Of a stretch of 64,000 nt of DNA, positions 36,400-48,717 are shown in pieces. The stretch covers positions 186,001-250,000 of the forward strand of contig LSRY02000045.1 of assembly GCA_001643675.2 (NCBI GenBank). The letters are read 5' to 3'. Origin of the DNA: Monocercomonoides exilis PA203 (taxonomy: Eukaryota > Protista > Preaxostyla). Under the pieces are notes generated by a model that was given only the letters and a program-made list of their open reading frames with translations, was not told where the DNA came from and searched no databases. How positions within the stretch are numbered: the stretch's first letter is position 1; every line of letters starts with the position of its first letter. The position numbers and the translations under genes were made by a program.

Positions 36400-39377
36400 T
36401 GTTGTTGAATGAATTGTCTTTTTTCTCACGATTTTATTGTTGAAAAAAAAATAATAAGACAGTTGATGTTATTGAAACACATTATCAGCACTTGTCAAAT
36501 ATTTTTTTTTAACTCAAAGCAAATTTTGAGAGTTTCAAAAGCTAAATGTCAATGGCCAAAATGCGTTCATTCTTTTCTTTGAAGGCATGTTTGGAATCAA
36601 AATTTATTGTTTTGCTTTTTATTTTATTTATTGAATATGAAAGTGAATGAAATGATGAAGATATTTTGGATAAACAATAATTATTTTTTTCTCTTTTTTG
36701 TTTTGTTTTTATCGAAATATTTGAAATATGTATTGGTTGAATAAATTCAGCAAATCGAAATGAAAATTATTCATTGATTCGTTTCATTTTCACTTGGTAT
36801 TTTTTAAAAAAATACATTTATTTAAAAGATATTATTATTATTATTATATTCAATATTTCCAAAAAAGGAAATAACTTTGTTCAGATTTTTTTCCACAATA
36901 TTCAAACACTCATAAGTTCACAGATGAGCCTTTTCGCCATTTGTTATTCAAAAGAAATACAAATGACATATTTTCATTAAAAAATGTTCTTTAGACATTC
37001 GGTTTGTCGAATGAATGTTTTAAACAAAATAGGATTCGATATTCAATTTTTTCCCCTTTGAAGTGGAAGATAATATGAAATTTGATTTTCTTGTAAATTA
37101 ACAATTTTTTATTTTTTCAACAAAATCTATTGACCCTTCACAAGATAAAACCGTCAATGTCCATGTTGATGATATATTTATTTCAGAATTGATTTCTCAC
37201 CTCTTATCTTATTTATTTATTTATTTGTTTGTTCAGTATTATTATTGTCAAAATCAATTCTCTTTCAAATTATCATTGATCATTGTCAAAACTATGGTTT
37301 GCTGATGTGACATATTGGTGATTTCTTTTTGACATCACACTTTTTCTATCATAAGAACTCGTTTCGATAAATCAATTTGAAGATTATGAAGATGAAACCA
37401 AGCAGAACTATTGATGAGTTTTTATTTGTTTTCAGATTGTTGTCTTTCAGTTGTTTTCAATGATTCAATAACTGATCATTTCCATCCACTGAACATTTCA
37501 TTGTCATCTGTCTGACCCAATGATAGAAACTTGGTTGTTATTGGAGAACAGAATTTTTATTTTTGATTTCAAAAATACTCACCCATTTTCAAGAGTTAAT
37601 CTCAAAATCCAAATTCATTTTGACTTTCATTTTGAAATTTGAGGTGACATATGGACCATTTTTCATATTGTTTTGTACAATCTTTCAACAGTCATTTTTC
37701 CTTTATGAATGAACTGAAACACCTTTTTCTTTAATGTTTCTTTTTGTATTTTTCTGAGTGATCATTTGAATTCATCTTGAAACCATCTGAGCAGAGCTCT
37801 TGTTATAAACAGTTTTTTTTCGAGTTTTATTTGTTGATTATCACTCAAATACAATTACACACATTTTGATGAACTTTCATTTGCACTGGAAATAAGAAAA
37901 ATGAGATTGTTATTTGAAAATGATGTAAATCGTTATCTCAATTCAGTCATTTCAAGAAATCAATATTCAAATACAAAAGGAATGAAATATGCACTCGACT
38001 CAAATGGTTTAAAAGAGAATTCAATAGATCACTCAGAAAATTTTGATGAAAAGAATAATTTTGTAAAAGTGGTTTCAGTTTATTCATGAAGAAAAATAAC
38101 TGTTGAAACATTGTGCAAAACAATATGAAAAATGGTCCATATGTCACCTCAAATTTCAAAATGAAAGTCAAAATGAATTTGGATTTTGAGATTAACTCTT
38201 GAAAATGGGTGAGTATTTTTGAAATCAAAAATAAAAATTCTGTTCTCCAATAACAACCAAGTTTCTATCATTGGGTCAGACAGATGACAATGAAATGTTC
38301 AGTGGATGGAAATGATCAGTTATTGAATCATTGAAAACAACTGAAAGACAACAATCTGAAAACAAATAAAAACTCATCAATAGTTCTGCTTGGTTTCATC
38401 TTCATAATCTTCAAATTGATTTATCGAAACGAGTTCTTATGATAGAAAAAGTGTGATGTCAAAAAGAAATCACCAATATGTCACATCAGCAAACCATAGT
38501 TTTGACAATGATCAATGATAATTTGAAAGAGAATTGATTTTGACAATAATAATACTGAACAAACAAATAAATAAATAAATAAGATAAGAGGTGAGAAATC
38601 AATTCTGAAATAAATATATCATCAACATGGACATTGACGGTTTTATCTTGTGAAGGGTCAATAGATTTTGTTGAAAAAATAAAAAATTGTTAATTTACAA
38701 GAAAATCAAATTTCATATTATCTTCCACTTCAAAGGGGAAAAAATTGAATATCGAATCCTATTTTGTTTAAAACATTCATTCGACAAACCGAATGTCTAA
38801 AGAACATTTTTTAATGAAAATATGTCATTTGTATTTCTTTTGAATAACAAATGGCGAAAAGGCTCATCTGTGAACTTATGAGTGTTTGAATATTGTGGAA
38901 AAAAAAATCTGAACAAAGTTATTTCCTTTTTTTGGAAATATTGAATATAATAATAATAATAATATCTTTTAAATAAATGTATTTTTTTAAAAAATACCAA
39001 GTGAAAATGAAACGAATCAATGAATAATTTTCATTTCGATTTGCTGAATTTATTCAACCAATACATATTTCAAATATTTCGATAAAAACAAAACAAAAAA
39101 GAGAAAAAAATAATTATTGTTTATCCAAAATATCTTCATCATTTCATTCACTTTCATATTCAATAAATAAAATAAAAAGCAAAACAATAAATTTTGATTC
39201 CAAACATGCCTTCAAAGAAAAGAATGAACGCATTTTGGCCATTGACATTTAGCTTTTGAAACTCTCAAAATTTGCTTTGAGTTAAAAAAAAATATTTGAC
39301 AAGTGCTGATAATGTGTTTCAATAACATCAACTGTCTTATTATTTTTTTTTCAACAATAAAATCGTGAGAAAAAAGA

Positions 39378-39397
39378 CAATTCATTCAACAACAATG
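39378..39397 (+). promoter_or_regulatory. Possible initiator-like motif CAATTCATTCAACAACAATG preceding all short-type copies
   Basis: The same motif lies before the ATG of A, B (15641-15660), D, E and H. It resembles the TCAY-type Inr of metamonads; function inferred. Confidence 0.35.
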
Positions 39398-39519
39398 ATA
39401 AAAATAAAAAATAAAAATAAAAAGAGAAGAAGGAGGAGGAGGCATTTAAGGCGGGCGAGTCGCATTTCTCTTCTTTTTGCATTTCTTCACATCCATTCAT
39501 CCATTACTCGTCATATCCT

Positions 39520-40809
39520 TTGCATCGCGCTCTCTTTTTGTCTTTTCTAACATCTCAGTCATTGGCTGCCTCGAACACCTCATTTGTCGGGTGCCATCGC
39601 ACTCAGAATGTTGCAATCAGTGGGAGTGAAGGGAATCCGTCGAAGCCAGCGAGACAACAGATTACAGAAAATGGGACGAATTCATTCACTTGGTGCGAGT
39701 GGAATGAGTCAAAAGCAAATGGAACATCGACATCCACCAGTAATGGTGCTTCAAATGGAGGGGCGATTTACATGTATAACCTGGGATCGGGAACACTTTC
39801 AGTGAAATTTTGTTCTTTTAATGATTGCCATGCATATTATGCTGGGGGAGGAATTACTTGCGTTTCTATTAATTCAGTCAAGGCTGAAAACAATTCATTT
39901 AATGCATGCACTGCTCAAAATCGTTATGGAGGAGGATTGTATGCTGAATCAATTTCGTCATGTGTCAGGATCAGTGGCTGCGAATTCCAGAAATGCAAAG
40001 CAAGTAGTACAGGAGGGGGGATCGATCTTTATAATTTTAATGCTTCTGGGTCAGAATGCATGCCATCGGAAAACGGTAAAGGTGAGAGTGCATGCGTGTT
40101 TGACTGTAGTTTCAATTTATGTTCAATTTCTGGTTCATATGGCGGAGGTATGGTTTGTCAAAATGTTCCAGCTGCATTCAAGATGAGGAGCCTCCAGTTT
40201 ATTTCGTGCACAGCAGTGTCGAATGGTGGAGGATTTTGGTTTAATCCAAGTCGATCAACAGCTCCAAGCAACAACATTTATTGTTATTTCTTCTTCTTCC
40301 ATGATTGCAGTTGCAGTAATTCCACTCCATATGGGCACGATGTGTATTTTCGAGATGCTAACAATCTCTTTTCGTCATACAACCCGTTCCATGAATCGTT
40401 CACAACGAATAGCGATAATAGGAGAGTGTGTTATGCTGACAGTAATTGGGTGTATCAGCACACAGAAAAAAAGGGATGGTTGAAGGAAGGGATGAAAGAT
40501 CGATATGTTGGGGCGAGTGGGGATGACGCAAACAATCTGTGTGGGATGAGTGAGGCAGCGCCGTGCAAGACAGTGGGGCATGCAGTGGGGTCGAGCATGG
40601 CGCAGCTGAGCTCGACAATCACAGTGCTGGGTGGGAAGCATGTGAGCGAAGGGGCGACGATCAGTGTTGGGGAAAAGAAGATTTCTGTTGTTGGGAGAGG
40701 GAAGACAGTGAGTGTGATTGGGACAAATTCTCTTTCTTCAATTTCAACGATGCTGTTCAGTGTGGCAAGTGGACAGTTGGAGTCGAAATATTTTTGCTGG
40801 ATGAAATAA
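39520..40809 (+). CDS. Copy E: same family, short type, palindromic partner of D; ATG at 39395 is out of frame by one A
   Basis: 429-codon frame nearly identical to D except for internal patches. A5 run at 39419-39423. Confidence 0.75.
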   Translation: MHRALFLSFLTSQSLAASNTSFVGCHRTQNVAISGSEGNPSKPARQQITENGTNSFTWCEWNESKANGTSTSTSNGASNGGAIYMYNLGSGTLSVKFCSFNDCHAYYAGGGITCVSINSVKAENNSFNACTAQNRYGGGLYAESISSCVRISGCEFQKCKASSTGGGIDLYNFNASGSECMPSENGKGESACVFDCSFNLCSISGSYGGGMVCQNVPAAFKMRSLQFISCTAVSNGGGFWFNPSRSTAPSNNIYCYFFFFHDCSCSNSTPYGHDVYFRDANNLFSSYNPFHESFTTNSDNRRVCYADSNWVYQHTEKKGWLKEGMKDRYVGASGDDANNLCGMSEAAPCKTVGHAVGSSMAQLSSTITVLGGKHVSEGATISVGEKKISVVGRGKTVSVIGTNSLSSISTMLFSVASGQLESKYFCWMK

Positions 40810-43800
40810 CGGCAAATCCCAGGTCTGAAGGAGAGCATCCAATAAAATCATCCGTATTTGTGTTGGTGCTGCCACAGCTGCCAATAACTGCCTTTGAGGT
40901 GAAAAAACAAAATTCTGCTGCAGCTCCTCGTCTCTCCTTACACCCCTCCCAATCGCTGTTTCCATTGCTCCCATCCCCTTCCCCGCTGTATTGGTTCACC
41001 CAGGTGCCCGGATCATCGAAAAATTCTTCTGTTGCAAAACATCCCCAGCTGCGCCCTGCTGAGAAATAAAATCCGAAAAAATAGAAATAAAAAAGGTGCA
41101 ACACGTCAACGGCTCCCTCGAGAGGCAAACAAAATGGCACACTTCCATCAGCATTGCAGAAAAGATAACATAGTAAAAGGAAACAACGCCACTCACCGAC
41201 ACCAAGCTGCCCCACAAGCCCACTCATACCGCCAACTCACAACATTTTGCAGGCACAGCGCATAGAAAGAGGCATCACAAACATGCTCCATGCACAGGCA
41301 CAGCCATCTGGCCGATAAATCGCTGCCTCATTTCCCAGGCACCCCAGAGGCTCGGCACCCGTACCACCTCAAGGATCGAATCACACCCCTCAGGGTATGC
41401 CATGTGCTATGTCTGTTCCTGGCTGCAAAACTTCTCTCAACACGCTTTCAGCTTTTTCTGTTTTCATTTGATCTGATTGCATAAACCAGTTCATCAATCT
41501 ATTTGAAAAAAAACTTTTTTATAAAATTATAAATATGAATTTATTATAATATTTATTAAACAGAAAAGTGCCATTTCCCCTGATTTCTGTGTGTCCAGAC
41601 TCCTCCAAATCCAATTTCTCAGCCATTTCAAAAGAATTCATTTGCCCTGGCTCCTTCACAAAGACAATAATGTGTGTTGATTCCCTTGCATTTTTTCACA
41701 CAGGGGAATGCCACACAAACATACAAATAAAATAATATGTTTTGAGTGGAACTGAGCGAAAAAGAAACCAACAATGCGAATGAGAACAAAACAGAGAATA
41801 CAGAGATTGAAATCTCTCTCTGAAATAACAAAATATTTTTTATTTTTGTGAATTTTGAAAGACATTTTCAATCCCTTCATGCACATCACAATTCAAATGC
41901 CTCCTTTTCTTCATCTTCCTTCTCTTGTGACAGCAAGCTCCACACCCTCCATATGTTCTCCATCTCCCTCTTCATTTCTCTCCCTTCCAAAAATACAACT
42001 GCCCCTCAACCTCACTCAACAAACACATCTGCTCCATGGGGCATATGCCCATCCAGCATCCTTTCCTCCGCTTCATCCTCACCCCCTCCAACAACTGCCT
42101 GCCACTCACCATCCTCTCTCATTTTTTCTGTCTGCATTTCCCCATCCTTTCGGATCCGAAACACACAGCATCTGTCGCCTCCATCAACATTGCCAACAAC
42201 CTTGCTGAGCGTGGAATCATCACACCCACAAACACTCCTCACCCCATTTCATTTGCCCAGCCACACCATCTTCCTCTTCACCTTCCTTCTTCCTCCTCCT
42301 TCTCCCTTTCCATTCCATCTCAATCCCTGCCTCTCTGCTTTTCTTCTTTCCAACTCCCTTCCAAAGACTTCTCGAAGCAGACTGCCAACTGCCCCTTCCA
42401 TCGCCTTCCTCTTCCTCTTCTTCTTCCTCATTGCAAAGCAACACATCTCCATCACTCCCAACAACATCCAGCCCCCCTCTTTTTGCTCATTCACAGACAC
42501 ACATTCCCCAAATAACACAAATATCAAAAGGGAATGCCAAAGGCAATGCAACCTCCTCCGCACACATTTTCCAACGTGATCGTTGATGAGCAGCCACACC
42601 ACAAGGCTGGCAATAACTCATATAAAAAAAGGATTTATTAAGCAATTTTCACTTCTTTCTCTTCCCCTCACAAACTGAGTTTCATCCGCCATTCCACCTT
42701 GCTCTTTCATCTTCATTTCCCTCTGCTCCCTTCTCCCAACTCGTTCTGGACGAGACATCTCATTCCTCCACCAACCTCTCAAAAATCACTAACTACTCCA
42801 TTCTCCACAAATGCATCCTTCTCGTTTTCCCAGATATCTGATTGCAAAAGAAAACAAACTGCATGAACCAGCCCCACCGTTTCTATCAAAAAATTCATCT
42901 TTCCATATCCTCAAATACAGTTTAAAAAAACCATCACTCATTCGATATGGAACACATATGAATTGAAACTTATGAGATGGCCAAAGAATGTGCATCCTGC
43001 TCAAAATTCACTCAGACACACCAATTGATAATTCAATCCTTGCTCAGTTCACAGAACTTTTTTGACAATCCCAATCAAAAAATGTCCATCTTGTTGTCTT
43101 TCCTTTTGCTTCATGCAAGGCTTCATTCACAAACAGATTCAAAATTATTCCTCTTCTCATTTCTAACCTTTTGCATTCTTTCTTTTTCACTTCCCTTTCC
43201 ATGAACTCATAACACTGATGATCGCCAAAGTGCTTGCGTTTCTGGCCTTGATGACTCCAATTCAAAAACCAAGCGCTTTGTCATATTTCCTTCCACAAGC
43301 AAAAAATCAAAGACGGATAAACAATCCTTGTTTCTTCTGATTGATTGATTCACACACTGGGCTCAGATGGATTTTCTAAATAATGTTGATGAAGATAACA
43401 AATCGAAACAGGGGATGGCGATGAAGAATGGCTGAAAAAGAGACGCTCCAAGTGGTAATCAAATGGCATTTCAGTCGAAGACAAATGCCTTTCTAACACA
43501 AGAAAATCATATTGTTCTGTCTTTTAGGATGTTGAGGGATGTTGATCCAATTTCCCAGATCGAGTGTTGGCGAATATGAAGAAGAAGAAAAAACGTTTGA
43601 GAACATGGAAAGAGAATATGACTCACGAGGGAAAGAGAAAATTAGGATAAATGAAAATTATCCATTTGTATCTATGTTGGATTTCACAATGAAGTTGAAA
43701 GATGGTCCCAGACGTTGTCCAACATGAGAAGATTGAAAGAATTGTTCAAAAGTGCAACAAGGATGAAACATGACAAGAACAAGATTTGGCATTGTCTTTC

Positions 43801-46800
43801 CTTTTCCTTCCCTTTATTAAAAAAAAACCATTTATTCAGGAGAAAAGAAGGATATGAAGCAATCCAGGTGCTGAATGATAAATAAATACATTGTCGATAT
43901 TTTCTCCCTCTTATTATCTCATGCTCATCACGAGCACCAAACTTCAGAAAGAAAGACTAAAATTCTCATCTTTTCTGCTCATTTGGCACTCAAACAGCAA
44001 GAATTGGCAAGGTTGTTGAGCTGCCCCACAAACAATCCCCTGTCCCCATTTCTCTTCCAGCCTCTGCCCTTTCAACCAAAATACTTCAAATTGAGCCATC
44101 GTTCATTCATCAATCTCTCCAATCTGTTATGGAAAATGATCAAATGAAGTTAAATGATAAAAAAACTGCACAACAGAATGAGAAATCAAGACGTCAAACA
44201 TTCCAGCTGGGATGAGTGAATTATTTTTTTAAGTGATATGGCAGGTGAGCCAGCAACAGTTTTATTTTGAGGGAAACTGAAATTGTTCATTTTGATTGAT
44301 GGAATGCTGCGAGGATGCGACATTTTCGATGGAAATGAAGAATTTTCAATGTATGTAATTTTTATTGTTCTATATGTTGTGAAGATATTTCCATCCGTAT
44401 CCTCTCCAAAGTCTTGATTCAGGCAAATTATTTAAAATGGACAATTTATTCCATGCAGAGCAGAACAGCGAGGAAGCGAACCAAATGTTATCTTACAAAT
44501 ATATTATTAGAGCCTGAATATATTTTATCATAAATGTTTATGCAACTTTTTATGGACTCAACATGCGCGACGTACAGAAATGCGATGAAGAATGAATTTT
44601 GATGGAGCAAAAATCAAGGGGGTTGGAAGATGCCAAAGCTAAAAAGGAAGTCTAATAGATTTGCCTTAATAGGGAACCCTTTTGAAGATGAAGAGGACAT
44701 TTTCAAAAAAATGCATTGTTAGAAAAATTGAGTCAGATGACTGAAACAGGAGATTGAAATCAGTTGGAGCAGAACAAGGCGCATTTCTTGGGATGAGAAG
44801 GGCAAGACATTGATTTTATGGGCTGAGGAGAGGGATAGAATGGCATTTGATTGCTTGGCTTGAGAGCCGTAAATACGAGAAAAACAGGCATTTTGGCACA
44901 ACACAGACACCTGAGGAAAATTACAGGCAAAACGGATTTGAGTCATTTTACTATCGCCTATGGCATTACGTCATCGAGATTGCTACGTTGAGGATATTTC
45001 TCAACAGAAAGTACTGACGACTGAACTGGACATTATCTTCATTGTGTTATTCACTTTCATCTCTTCTTTTTCTTCTTCTTCTTCTTTGCAGTTGTCTTCA
45101 ACACCGAGAAATACGAAATTATTTTTTCCCCTGATTTTTGTTCATCATTTTCTTCACCTTCTTCGCCTTCTTCGCCATATTCAGTCTTGTCTTCTTCATC
45201 CACTTCTATCTCATTTTTTCCATCATCATCTTCATCTTCCGATTCTTCTTCACCCAGCACCTTTACCAACACCACCACATCCTTCTCATTCTCCTTCTGC
45301 GAGCCGACTGAGCGAAATGTTCATCTGAATGAGGGTGCCAGTTCTGGGAGTGTTTGCAGGGCTGGTTCACATCCAGTCGATTTGGGGTTGAATGTGGAGC
45401 ATGTTTCATTTGGTACCAGCAGCCATTCACAGCCGCTTTTTGGGGAAGAGGGGAGGAAATGAATGAGATGGTGAGGATGTGGGAGGGATAAGGCAAGAGA
45501 CCGATTGCATTCACATCATCGCTTTCCTTTTTGTCAGCTGTTCAACCATCTTCATCGTCATCATCTTCTTCTTCTTTTGCTTCTGTCTGCAACGAGTGGG
45601 CAATGAGGTATTTTTGAGGAATGGAGATGAAAGAGGTGAGCAATGCAGGGCATTGGTGGAGCCAGAGATGGAAATGGCAGTTTGTGTTGCTTGGAGCAGA
45701 GAGCGAGATGAATGAGAGAGAAGAGAAGAAAGAGAAGGAAGAGAAGAAAAAGAAGAGGAAGAAGCAAAGGGGAAAGAAGTGATGTTCATTTCTGTCTTCT
45801 CTTTTCCGATGAGGTCAGCCACCCGCTGTGCAGCACCTGCCTTCCTCGTTCAGCATTGAGCTCTCAGCAAACCGAGTGAAGCTGCACATCATCTCTTTTC
45901 TTCTCTTCTCTTCTTCTCTGCTACACCGACGCCACAGTCACATCCATCGAGTGGTGTCTGAAGAACACGGGGAGCTCCCCTTTGCCAAGCGATGGCAGCA
46001 CAGCAGCAGCGGTAGCGGCAGATTGTGCATGGGGTAGCTGTGGAGCGGTTTCCGCAGGAGCGACTGGTCAAGCATCTCCGGCACGATGTTCGCCTCCTCT
46101 GCAGCGTTATCTCTTGTCAGGATGGTCTCGCGCAGCTGGTCATTGCCCTCGATCTTGCCGGGAGATGGAACATCGGGCTGTGTGTTGGCAGCACAGCCAC
46201 TTTGTTTAGCGTGTCTTGAAAGGGCGAGAGGACTTCAGGAGAAGACTGCTGCGATGGGAGAAGTCATTCATCAGAGAAGCGACGGAGCGGAGAAGCGATG
46301 GAACAGAGGGGTGGAGAGGACAGGCTGTGTGGAGGATGAGAAGGGAAAGAGGAGGGGAAGGAATTTCTGGAAGAGGGCGAGAAAGATGAATAAAAGGAGA
46401 GGGGTGTTGTTTTCGGAGAATATTGTGAGGTGGATGGAGGAGGAGAATAACAAAGACAAGAAACTGAGAGCAGCCATCACTCTGGAATTGTGAGGGGAAA
46501 GGGGAGGGCGATGGCGAAGAAAAGGCAGAGGAATGAGCAGTGGATGGCCGGGCGTGGTGATTTGGATGGAAGGATCAGGCACGACATTCGGGAATGAGAT
46601 TTTGTGAAGAGTTTGAAGTGAGCTGTGGAAATGGGATGTTTTGGGGGATGTTCAAGATCTTATGAAATATGATTGAATTGCGAAAAGAATTGTTTGTCAC
46701 ACCATTTATTCGCCTTCTTCAATTTGAATTACCTTTTCTTCCTCATTTTCTTCTTCATCTTCATTATCTCCATTATCACCATCATGTTTTCGTTTGCACC

Positions 46801-48717
46801 ATCTCAACAAATGAAGGTGTTTTTATGTGAAATCTAGATTATTATCATTTTTGCCTTCATAACCTTCGACAAGTCTGAGTTCTCCCTTTTATTTGATTCC
46901 TTCTTCTTCTTCATCTTCCCCTTCGATATTTTTAAGAAAAGGGTTTGTGGAGATTATTTGAGAAGAAGCAACAAGAAGTTGGGCTTTGGCTGATTTCTTT
47001 TGAGGAATTAGAGGCAAAGTGAAGACGGGACAGATGTGTTTTGTTGGCTGAAAAGAACGATATTTGGGGGAGGAGAATCAAGTCAGTGAAGAGCAATCGC
47101 TATTAAAGGTATTGGTTTGATTTTTTTATTACGATTATTCGTTTATTATTATTATTATTTAATGAAATTAGGTTTTTTTGAACGAGTGTTTAATGTCAAA
47201 GCACGCTATGGAATGTGGAAAGATGGGGATGTTGGATGCATTGAAAGAAATCAGGATATAATAAATGAAGGGAAGTAATGAGAAATGAGGTGGAGGAGAA
47301 ATAAAAGAATGAATGGGAAAAGAAGGGATTTGCGAGATTGACAAGACATTTTGGAAAGAAGGAGGGGAAGAGACAGAAGAGAGAGCAGAAGATTGATGAG
47401 ATGGGTGAATGGCATATGCTCAATGAATAATTTATTGAAGCAGCAGCAGCAGAAGCAGAAGCAGAAGAAGAAGAAGATGATGATGATGCAGCAGATGATT
47501 GGGAAAGGGAAAAGGTATTTGGCATTTCATCTTTTGTGTGATATCTTATTTTTTTATTTATATTTTTCTTTGATATTTTATCTTTTTTGTATTTCATAAT
47601 ATTGTTTTATTTCATGTGTTCTTGTCGTTATTATCATATTAGAAGTTTTGGAAGAACAATCAAAAGGGATGTGTGAATGGAGCATGGAAAGAGAAGATAA
47701 TGGATGTATTTGAAGAAATCGGGACATAACAATTGGAGGATGATGAATGGGATAAACCAGAGAAAATGAAATGAAGATGATTTTCATGAATGTTTTTGGA
47801 AGGTATTTGCGATGAGTCTTGTAAAAACTAAAAAAAGAGAGAACAGAAAAATTGATGATACAGCAGAAGAAGAAATATGACAAAAATTCGAAAAGAAGAA
47901 AAAGAAGCTGAAGTTGGAGCAGAAGATAGGGAAAAGAAAAAGAGATGAAGAAGGAAAACAAGAGGGATTGGAAGAATGAATATTTTTTTTTTGGAGCATT
48001 GGAAGAAGAGCAGAAAGAAGGGAATGAGATGGTGATATGAATTGAGGGAGGACATGAAGAAGAAAAAAGAGAAAAGAGATTTTGGAGAAAAATAGAGGAA
48101 AGTCAGTTCAACAAAGAATTATTCAAAAAAGGAGATGGGAATATCCTCAAGAACACTATCAAAAAGAGCATCTTTATGGATGGAGATTGCAGTATGTTTT
48201 GTTTTTGTTGGAGATGATGGAAGGGATGAGGAAGCAAGGAATGCAGCGATTCTTTGAGAAAAGTTGGCAAGAGAAAAGGAAAACAAAGGTATGATATTTT
48301 TATTAATTATATAATTCGACCTGTTTTTTATATGATTTATTGTTTTTTCTTTTTATTTTGTTTGAACAAAATTGTTTTTGCTTGCGTTTTCTAAAACAGC
48401 GAGGAAAAGCAGAATAAGATCAGACGATAGAAAGTGAAGGGCAATGAGCAGAATCAGCTTGGGAAAGAGCTTTGTAGGATTATTAATAATAAAAAGGCAT
48501 TGGCAGCGAAGGTCTGTTATATTTTTTTTATGAGATCCATAACATATGCAGCAGAAAGAGACAAGAAAAGGGATTTGGGCATATTTTTGGTTACCAAGGA
48601 ATATCACATTGAAGAAATGAAGGAAGAGAGAGAGGAGGACAGCGAGGAGGTGAAGGAAGAGATGGAGAAGGAAGAGGAGAAGGAAGAGAAGAAGAAAGCG
48701 AAAGAGGAGGGAGTGTA

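Larger units (their letters stand above)
31161..44631. repeat. Palindrome P3 (head-to-head): about 6.5 kb arms 31161-37675 and 38116-44631, degenerate inner stem, loop about 37796-37995
   Basis: Many mirrored ORFs with coordinate sum about 75792 (31645/44147, 32065/43727, 34984/40809). Confidence 0.95.

Noticed and set aside
42700-44700. Assigning a named product to the decayed filler gene
   Set aside because: The fragments show no motif I can recognise with confidence; a translated homology search is needed.
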